From IMG/VR virus record IMGVR_UViG_3300021400_000885, positions 39,910 to 103,909 of that record: 64,000 nt of DNA; one strand, 5' to 3'. Shown piece after piece: positions 57,858 through 64,000 of this stretch (positions within the stretch are counted from its first letter, which is position 1; the number at the start of each line of letters is the position of its first letter). The notes below the pieces were generated by a model. The model was not told the DNA's origin, did no database searches, and saw only the letters and a list, made by a program, of their open reading frames with translations. The translations under genes and the position numbers were made by a program. Origin of the DNA: a virus. Taxonomy: Duplodnaviria; Caudoviricetes.

Positions 57858-60055
57858 TACTCCCAGTCCTCCTCAGGTATAGTCCCATCAGGATTAAGTT
57901 CTGTAATAGGGCAATTAAAAGTTAAATAGTATCCCCATGATGTTGTAGCATCTGAGTCTAGATATGCTTGTAGTATAGAGTGGTCTTCTGAGTAAGGGAC
58001 ATAAAAATGCCCCATTCTCCCTCCTATAGACCTATAGTCAGCCCCAGAATTAGTAACATATGCTCCATGAAAAGCATTTACATTACCCAGTGTTGGTGGG
58101 GTAGTTGCTCTTACAATAATTCTTCTAATATTAAAACAATAGTTAAATGATTGAGAACCAATTGAAGTAATTGTTGAAGGTAAATCAATTTCAAATAAGC
58201 TATAACCACCAATAACACAATTTTGAGGAATAGTTGTAGTACCTTCTGGAAATTTTATATATTGCAGAGAAGGGAGGTCTCTAAGACTATCACTATATGT
58301 TGTTACATTCTGCAAATTTATTCGCTGTAATACTTCACAAGCACCAATTCCTATACTTGGAATAGATGTAAGGTTTCTTGATATGTATATATACTTTAAA
58401 CTTCTTAAGTATTCAAAACTGTATGCTCCAAATGAATTACAGGAATCTGGTATTAATATACTTGCAGCTCTACAGGCATTAAACCCATAAGTTCCACAAA
58501 ACGCTGAAGACCAAGTTGTGGATGTACATATATAATCTAATGCAAAAGTACTTCTACAAGCACTGTCTCTAACTATTATAGGTCTTTCTGGATTTCTTGG
58601 AAAAATAATACATTTAAGGTCATAGCACAAGTAAAGACAGCCTCCTCCAAATGTAGTTACATTCTTTGGGATACTTATAGTTTTCAAATTTGTAAAATAC
58701 CGAAAAGCACATGGAGAAATTCCAGTTAGTCCTTTTCCAAGTTCAACTTTAAAGCATTCCTGCATTAGTTTCCAAGCATCGCTGGTATTATAGTATGCCC
58801 CAAACACAGTACTATCAGTATAAGTATACCAAGCGTAGGTATCACCTCTACCAGTTAATTGAAATGTGCAATCTTCGTCTGGCAGAAGAGATATTACATA
58901 ATTTCCGATAGTACTATAGGTATGAGTTACTGTCTTAGTTCCAGTCCCAGTAAATCTTTCAGATGTGCCGTCTCCCCAACTAATAAGTACTCCATTTGCC
59001 TTCCCTTGGTAAAATACAAGAGCTTGGTCTAAATAATCAGGATTATCTTTATGTATATAGTATCTAGTAGCACCATCATTAGTAATATACATCTGCCCAA
59101 CATCAATCCTTTCTGCTCTTGTTAAATAATCAAGTATTTCTTCTCTAGTCCAATTCCATCCTTGAGCAATCAATCCACTATGCCAAGGATTTCTTGGTAA
59201 CCCTTCCATAGCTTGAAACTCTGATGCAGTATAAGCATAGAGCAGAGTTCCATCATAATCAATAAAATTAACTGCTTTAGGTTCTGTTGGTAAGGTATAA
59301 TTTGATGTATCTATATTATCAATAGCATTAGCATACTCCACAAGGCCATCAGAATAAACTAATTCTTCTGTACCATAATGTTCATTTATGGCACTTCTAA
59401 GGTCTTCTTTAATGTAATTTACTTCAATAGCTTTTTCTGCAATAGCTGTTAATGTAATAGTTTTTACTGGACCAGCTGTAAACACTACATCATTAGCACT
59501 TGTAAAGAAGCCCTTTGACACTCTGTCATATAATCCTACAACACTGTCAGGATTAATGCATGGAATGAAATGTCTTAATGTAACACCATTATCAATAAAC
59601 TTTAATGAATACAGCTTATAGTGTCCAAATTCTTCGACAGTTCCGGCGGTGTTATTGCAGAACAAGTATATTTCTTGAAAGTGAGAAGCGTTCCTTGTTA
59701 CTGTTTCAGTAAATTCTCCGTTTTGATATGTGTTGCCAAATAAAGAACACTTTATCTTTGTATCTTTAACTATGTGTGGATTTTTTGCAGAAGTTCCAGT
59801 CTTTAATTCCCCTCCAGCAGTTGTACGATAAGTCCCAAGTAAAAAAGCATTTGCTTTTGTATACCTCGCCCCAAAAATAACACCAAAGGCATTTGTTGTT
59901 GACGAAGTATTTACGTAGTCATGAGTCTCAAATTCTATAGTAAACCCTATTGTATTAGATGCATTAATCCCAGTCTTAATATAACCAGAATTACCTAATG
60001 GCTGCTCTATATATTCAAGTTGAGTATATCCCTCTGGTACAAGCTTAATCTCCAT
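57857..60055 (-). CDS. BspA-type LRR protein with an extra N-terminal beta domain
   Basis: PEGYTQLEYIE...FIPC...GLYD.V domain; LPSTITSIG..SF..C repeats; ISWGDG. Confidence 0.8.
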   Translation of the reverse strand: MEIKLVPEGYTQLEYIEQPLGNSGYIKTGINASNTIGFTIEFETHDYVNTSSTTNAFGVIFGARYTKANAFLLGTYRTTAGGELKTGTSAKNPHIVKDTKIKCSLFGNTYQNGEFTETVTRNASHFQEIYLFCNNTAGTVEEFGHYKLYSLKFIDNGVTLRHFIPCINPDSVVGLYDRVSKGFFTSANDVVFTAGPVKTITLTAIAEKAIEVNYIKEDLRSAINEHYGTEELVYSDGLVEYANAIDNIDTSNYTLPTEPKAVNFIDYDGTLLYAYTASEFQAMEGLPRNPWHSGLIAQGWNWTREEILDYLTRAERIDVGQMYITNDGATRYYIHKDNPDYLDQALVFYQGKANGVLISWGDGTSERFTGTGTKTVTHTYSTIGNYVISLLPDEDCTFQLTGRGDTYAWYTYTDSTVFGAYYNTSDAWKLMQECFKVELGKGLTGISPCAFRYFTNLKTISIPKNVTTFGGGCLYLCYDLKCIIFPRNPERPIIVRDSACRSTFALDYICTSTTWSSAFCGTYGFNACRAASILIPDSCNSFGAYSFEYLRSLKYIYISRNLTSIPSIGIGACEVLQRINLQNVTTYSDSLRDLPSLQYIKFPEGTTTIPQNCVIGGYSLFEIDLPSTITSIGSQSFNYCFNIRRIIVRATTPPTLGNVNAFHGAYVTNSGADYRSIGGRMGHFYVPYSEDHSILQAYLDSDATTSWGYYLTFNCPITELNPDGTIPEEDWE

Positions 60056-60057
60056 AA

Positions 60058-61434
60058 TTATACAGTACTTGAACCATTTATAATAGCATCTAATGCAGTT
60101 TCAATATCACCAACAACATCATACATACACTTAGCTGATGGGTACTGAGTATCAGTTGATGCTGAAGATATTGCAGTTACTTTATTACTAACATGTTCAA
60201 CATCATCAAGGGATGAAGGAAGATATTGCTCACTAATTTTACCAGAACCATCTAAAGGAGCAACACCACTTGCAGCTCCCTTTTGTGTAATAGGGATTGC
60301 ATTATTAGCTGCTGTAAGGGAATCTTGTACACTTTGAGCAAGGTCAGTTGAAGGTATTCCTGTTGAGGGTTTACTATATTTAGCATTCCATGTAGTCTTT
60401 TCAGTATCAGTAACTAATCTATGAGTAGAGTCACCTGAAAGAGAAGATAGTGATGTTGGAATATCTGGCTTATTACTTAAATCATTATAATTACCAGTAG
60501 TTGCTACTGTAGCTAAATCAGCAGAATTTGCTTTGTCACTAATATCTTGATGAGCGGTTATTACATTACCAAGGTCTACTATATCAGATGTACCTTTGAT
60601 TACTCCATTCATCTTAATACCAGTGATAGTACCAACATTTGATGTAAAGTTACTATCATTAGTAAGGTCACTTACCTTAGTTGGTATGGATGATTTAGTA
60701 GCAAATGTATTATCTGATTCAGTCTTTGTATAGTAATTACTTGCATTGAATATGTCAGTAATTGGTATGGAAATGTTTTGCTTTCCAGCATCAGTATTGA
60801 ATGATATAACAAGACTACCATTAGTAACACTGACATTCTCAATCATACCATCCTTAACAAAGTCAGTAGTATCTACATAGAAAAGGTTGGTATTACTTGA
60901 GTTCTTAAAGTAAATCTTTTTATCATTCTTTACATATTGAGCACTTGCAACAAGCCCTGCTAAAGATTGATGCTCAGTAATTACTGTACCAAGGTCAATA
61001 TCTCCATTAGTGCCTTTGGATTGACCATTCATTGATATACCAGTAATAGTTCCTATATTACTGGTAAATCCTGAATCATTATTAAGTTGTGATATTTTTG
61101 TTGGAACAGAGATGTTTACTGACTTATTAGTGATTGCCTGAGTAGCATTATTAACTTTGATACTCTCAATCACATTAACTTGAGCACCACTTGAGATTTC
61201 ACCCAATTTAGATTTATCTGTATCAGTGTAATCATTGGTGGATAATCCTTTATTACCATCCTTCTGTACATAAGTAGACTCAGCATCTGAAGATTTCAGA
61301 TACTGAGTTATATTAAGTGCAGAGATTGCACTGTCTATGAGTCCTTTGATTCTTTGTAGGAGTTTTGTAGTATAGTATCCTAACCCAGAATCATTCAGAC
61401 CTTTTTCATCTCTAACTACCGCCATTTGATTCAA
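60058..61434 (-). CDS. Tail/head fibre protein with internal repeats
   Basis: KGLSTNDYT, GAQVNVIE, 2x PTK.S.L.NDS.FTSN.GTITGI.MNG...DLG.VIT.HQ, GVAPLD..GK. Confidence 0.75.
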   Translation of the reverse strand: MNQMAVVRDEKGLNDSGLGYYTTKLLQRIKGLIDSAISALNITQYLKSSDAESTYVQKDGNKGLSTNDYTDTDKSKLGEISSGAQVNVIESIKVNNATQAITNKSVNISVPTKISQLNNDSGFTSNIGTITGISMNGQSKGTNGDIDLGTVITEHQSLAGLVASAQYVKNDKKIYFKNSSNTNLFYVDTTDFVKDGMIENVSVTNGSLVISFNTDAGKQNISIPITDIFNASNYYTKTESDNTFATKSSIPTKVSDLTNDSNFTSNVGTITGIKMNGVIKGTSDIVDLGNVITAHQDISDKANSADLATVATTGNYNDLSNKPDIPTSLSSLSGDSTHRLVTDTEKTTWNAKYSKPSTGIPSTDLAQSVQDSLTAANNAIPITQKGAASGVAPLDGSGKISEQYLPSSLDDVEHVSNKVTAISSASTDTQYPSAKCMYDVVGDIETALDAIINGSSTV

Positions 61435-61765
61435 ATGCTTGATTTATAATATCATCAATATCCTCATTGTTGATAGCATCCCAATTCTCCATTTCAAGAG
61501 CATCAAGCTTGGCTTTATCTTCTTTAGACATAAGACCACTTGTTGAGGAAGAGCTTGGTCTTAATGCAGCATCAATAGCCTGTTGTACTTCTCTTCCAGA
61601 GTTATGCAGCCTATATCTTCCAGAAACAGTTTCATCAGTAACAACAAGTGTCTGATTATCACTTGTGATGATAATTCCTGGGATATTAATGTCATCATTC
61701 TGCTCTTGTGGAGCATGCAATTTTGACATTTTCATATAGACGTATCTTCTGGATATTGGTTTCAT
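61412..61765 (-). CDS. Fibre-associated protein
   Basis: GLMSKEDKAKLD motif typical of phage fibres. Confidence 0.6.
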   Translation of the reverse strand: MKPISRRYVYMKMSKLHAPQEQNDDINIPGIIITSDNQTLVVTDETVSGRYRLHNSGREVQQAIDAALRPSSSSTSGLMSKEDKAKLDALEMENWDAINNEDIDDIINQAFESNGGS

Positions 61766-61768
61766 ATA

Positions 61769-62311
61769 TTAAGTAAATTGTTGAGGAAACTCATAGTCTA
61801 AGAAAGCACCAATTGCATTATGGAGTGTTTCGTCAAAAATGTCATCTAGTATGTATATATATGGAACTGTATCCACATCATCAAGATTCCAATGAGTACC
61901 TTGAGTAAATGTGATATCACCTAAAATATACTGTGTACCTTGATTATTAGTGCCAGCATAAATATTTGCTTCTTTTACATTATCTGCTGCAGTTTTATCT
62001 ATTTCAATAAGTAGAGTTAAATCATTATAATTATGCAGCACTACAAGTCCACTAGCATTATAATCAGAGCCTTCAATTGGAGTTGTTTTTTCTAAGTGAT
62101 ACAATGAATACTCTGGAGTATCTGTTGCAATTAATTCAGGAGGATTTGGAGAGTGTGCTATTATCTCTTCAGGCACACTATATAAAGTAAAAGCATAAGC
62201 TCCTTTCTCTAAAGAAGAGCCTCCAGACTTTGCTTCCTTAATTAGTGCTCTCTCCCAATTTCTATTAGTATTGTTTAGAGGAGCATGTAAACTTATGTTT
62301 TTCATAAGCAT
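61769..62311 (-). CDS. Hypothetical protein
   Basis: 180 aa; N-terminal MK...LHAP motif shared with the downstream gene. Confidence 0.6.
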   Translation of the reverse strand: MLMKNISLHAPLNNTNRNWERALIKEAKSGGSSLEKGAYAFTLYSVPEEIIAHSPNPPELIATDTPEYSLYHLEKTTPIEGSDYNASGLVVLHNYNDLTLLIEIDKTAADNVKEANIYAGTNNQGTQYILGDITFTQGTHWNLDDVDTVPYIYILDDIFDETLHNAIGAFLDYEFPQQFT

Positions 62312-62314
62312 AAA

Positions 62315-62518
62315 CTATTGCAACTCATGGCTAGTCATAAGACTCTGTATATATGCAGTCTGCGCAATATCTATATTTAAAAAAGACAAATCAATAACTT
62401 TGCCTTTATCAGAATCTGAAGAGTCTCCAACTATAGCATTCTTAGGTATTGTAATAAAAGGCTTTCCACCAAATGCTTTTAAGGATTTAGCCTTTATAAG
62501 TTTCTTTTTGTATATCAT
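62315..62518 (-). CDS. Short KLIKAK-motif protein (possibly truncated)
   Basis: KKLIKAKSLKAFGGKPFITIPKN; only 67 aa. Confidence 0.55.
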   Translation of the reverse strand: MIYKKKLIKAKSLKAFGGKPFITIPKNAIVGDSSDSDKGKVIDLSFLNIDIAQTAYIQSLMTSHELQ

Positions 62519-62530
62519 AGTGTATTATAT

Positions 62531-63052
62531 TTATCTTATTATATCAACTTTAAAGGATTGCTCAAAAGTCCCTCCTTCAGACAGACTCATAAGATTTGGA
62601 TCTCTAAAGTTTAAAAATAACTTTATAGTGAAAGTTTGTCCTACTATTTGCGCATCCAAGTGTCTTTCTGTAACATCAACCCATGCACTGGTAGCATTAA
62701 AAACATCGTCTCCCAACTTTATGCTTGAAATTGGAAAATCCATATATCCATCATTAGCCACAAGCTCTTCTTCAGTAATTCCAAAAGCTGTACGTAATGT
62801 TTGGTAAATTTCATAGTAAGAAGCAAGTCCAATTTCTTCTGGACGCAACTCATAGCGACATAACTGTACTCCAGGAATTGGCATTGGATTGTAACTAGGC
62901 TTATTACCAGTAGTAAAAGCCATGAATGCACCCATGCTATTACCACCTATAAGAATATCTGATGGCTTTATCACTGGAAGTGTTGTAGGGTCATCACCAC
63001 TTACATCACAAATATCTTCCTTTAATCTGTAATTACTTAAATCTATAATCAT
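62531..63052 (-). CDS. Hypothetical protein
   Basis: 173-aa ORF with a 4-nt overlap with the upstream gene. Confidence 0.6.
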   Translation of the reverse strand: MIIDLSNYRLKEDICDVSGDDPTTLPVIKPSDILIGGNSMGAFMAFTTGNKPSYNPMPIPGVQLCRYELRPEEIGLASYYEIYQTLRTAFGITEEELVANDGYMDFPISSIKLGDDVFNATSAWVDVTERHLDAQIVGQTFTIKLFLNFRDPNLMSLSEGGTFEQSFKVDIIR

Positions 63053-63456
63053 AATTTCACTCTTAATTTGGTTTTAACAAAAATAACAATTCCACCTAAT
63101 ATAGCCAAACAGGATAGTATTTTACCTAATCTAATCCACAAGGATTGCCAGAATGAAAGTTTCTTTTCAACTTCCTTAATAACTTCCTTCTCAACCTCTT
63201 TTATCCTATCCTTGTAGAGAGTATCAGTCTTATATTTATACTTATACTTATCTTTATAGATAGTTTCTGTTATATATACAGTATCACCTTTTTCTTTAAT
63301 AATTCTATCTCTAAATACATTGATACTGTCGTGTATATATTCTGTATTATTCTTATAGATATAAGTAGTATCTCTTTGTGCTACTTGTGGAATGTTTTTA
63401 TGCACTCCACAAGCAGTACAAAAGATACAAAGCAGTATTAAAGAAAGTTTTTTCAT
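63049..63456 (-). CDS. Lipoprotein with C-terminal TM helix; putative unimolecular spanin
   Basis: MKKLSLILLCIFCTA-C lipobox, DT/DS-rich beta region, C-terminal ILSCLAILGGIVIFV-KTK. Confidence 0.6.
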   Translation of the reverse strand: MKKLSLILLCIFCTACGVHKNIPQVAQRDTTYIYKNNTEYIHDSINVFRDRIIKEKGDTVYITETIYKDKYKYKYKTDTLYKDRIKEVEKEVIKEVEKKLSFWQSLWIRLGKILSCLAILGGIVIFVKTKLRVKL

Positions 63457-63457
63457 T

Positions 63458-63889
63458 CTAATCTGTATAAAATACATGAATCACTTTTACAAGTATATCA
63501 AAATCGTCATTTAATATGCACACTGGAAAAAATCCAAAACGACATCCCCAACTATCATCAGTGGCTCTCCAAGTTATGTTTGCAGTAGTTAATGGAGTAG
63601 GACTACCCTGCTTAGTAAGTACACCTCTCGTCCATACACCCCAATCCATTCTATAAAAAGCATCTACGTTTCCTTCTGGTGGAGGAGTCTCACTGTTTAT
63701 TACAGGTAACTCATCAACATTAATAATAGTTTCTTCTTCTTCATAAATTGTTGCAAGATAACTTGCAACCTCATTTATATTCATAGATGAAGAAGAGTCT
63801 TGACTTTCACCAAGTGAAGTATTCTTAGGCAAGGTAATGTAGGGGGAGCCTCCAAACCTTTTAGTTGTTTTTGCTTTAATTAATTTCAT
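63458..63889 (-). CDS. Hypothetical virion-surface protein with a KLIKAK...PYITLP motif
   Basis: MKLIKAKTTKRFGGSPYITLPKN. Confidence 0.6.
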   Translation of the reverse strand: MKLIKAKTTKRFGGSPYITLPKNTSLGESQDSSSSMNINEVASYLATIYEEEETIINVDELPVINSETPPPEGNVDAFYRMDWGVWTRGVLTKQGSPTPLTTANITWRATDDSWGCRFGFFPVCILNDDFDILVKVIHVFYTD

Positions 63890-63914
63890 AATAAATTAAA
63901 AGTTAATTTGTTAT

Positions 63915-63969
63915 AAGTTTCCTCCCTTATAAAGTGGGGGGGGGGGGGAGAAACTTCCCCCCCGCCATT
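63915..63969 (-). promoter_or_regulatory. G13/C7 homopolymer hairpin with an alternative pairing (terminator-like)
   Basis: G13 at 63936-63948, C7 at 63957-63963; AAGTTTCCTCCC is nearly complementary to GGGAGAAACTT. Confidence 0.5.
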
Positions 63970-64000
63970 TTTAATTTTTTATTATCCTGCTTTTTAATTA

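Larger units (their letters stand above)
1..64000. other. crAss-like phage (Crassvirales, probably Steigviridae) genome segment
   Basis: crAss001-like MCP, ring/muzzle/cargo gene order, DFDID-type giant RNAP, PolA+ThyX+dUTPase, Bacteroidota promoter motifs. Confidence 0.95.

Noticed and set aside
56385-60055. DGR variable/template repeats or a shufflon in the LRR genes
   Set aside because: No RT or recombinase in the window; paralogous segments differ at all base types and no near-identical repeat was seen
7738-62807. Numerous + strand ORFs of 60-200 aa opposite the late genes (e.g. 47715..48317, 44767..45243, 62271..62807)
   Set aside because: Antisense shadows of long - strand genes, with no recognisable motifs
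1-64000. Stop-codon reassignment (TAG or TGA), known in some crAss lineages
   Set aside because: Genes are full length in the standard code; TAG and TGA end well-defined genes (polA and ung with TAG, ring proteins with TGA)

Overview
This 64 kb window is an AT-rich segment of a crAss-like phage genome (Crassvirales). It is most likely Steigviridae (beta-crAss), because the major capsid protein closely resembles the PhiCrAss001 MCP as I recall it; no search was run. The standard genetic code fits throughout. Positions 1-7.7 kb (+ strand) hold the end of the replication/nucleotide-metabolism block: UDG, two PD-(D/E)XK nucleases, dUTPase, a retropepsin-like protease, family A DNA polymerase, ThyX and small ORFs. 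A bidirectional terminator at ~7.7 kb marks the strand switch. Positions 7.75-64 kb (- strand) hold the late/virion block. It includes giant ejected cargo proteins, among them a 3395-aa virion RNA polymerase (DFDID motif) fused to a motif-complete SF1B helicase and a SLOG-like domain. It also includes the muzzle, ring, tail-hub, auxiliary capsid, major capsid and scaffold-like genes. An uncharacterised 9-gene module lies at 50.6-54.4 kb, with its own promoters, a palindromic operator candidate, an HTH gene, membrane proteins and an HExxH peptidase. A variable fibre/receptor-binding region follows, with BspA-type LRR proteins, four proteins sharing one N-terminal motif and a putative unimolecular spanin. 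Several Bacteroidota-type TAnnTTTG promoters and intrinsic terminators are visible. I saw no tRNA, CRISPR array, integrase or reverse transcriptase. Assignments to crAss001 gp numbers rest on remembered sequences and synteny.
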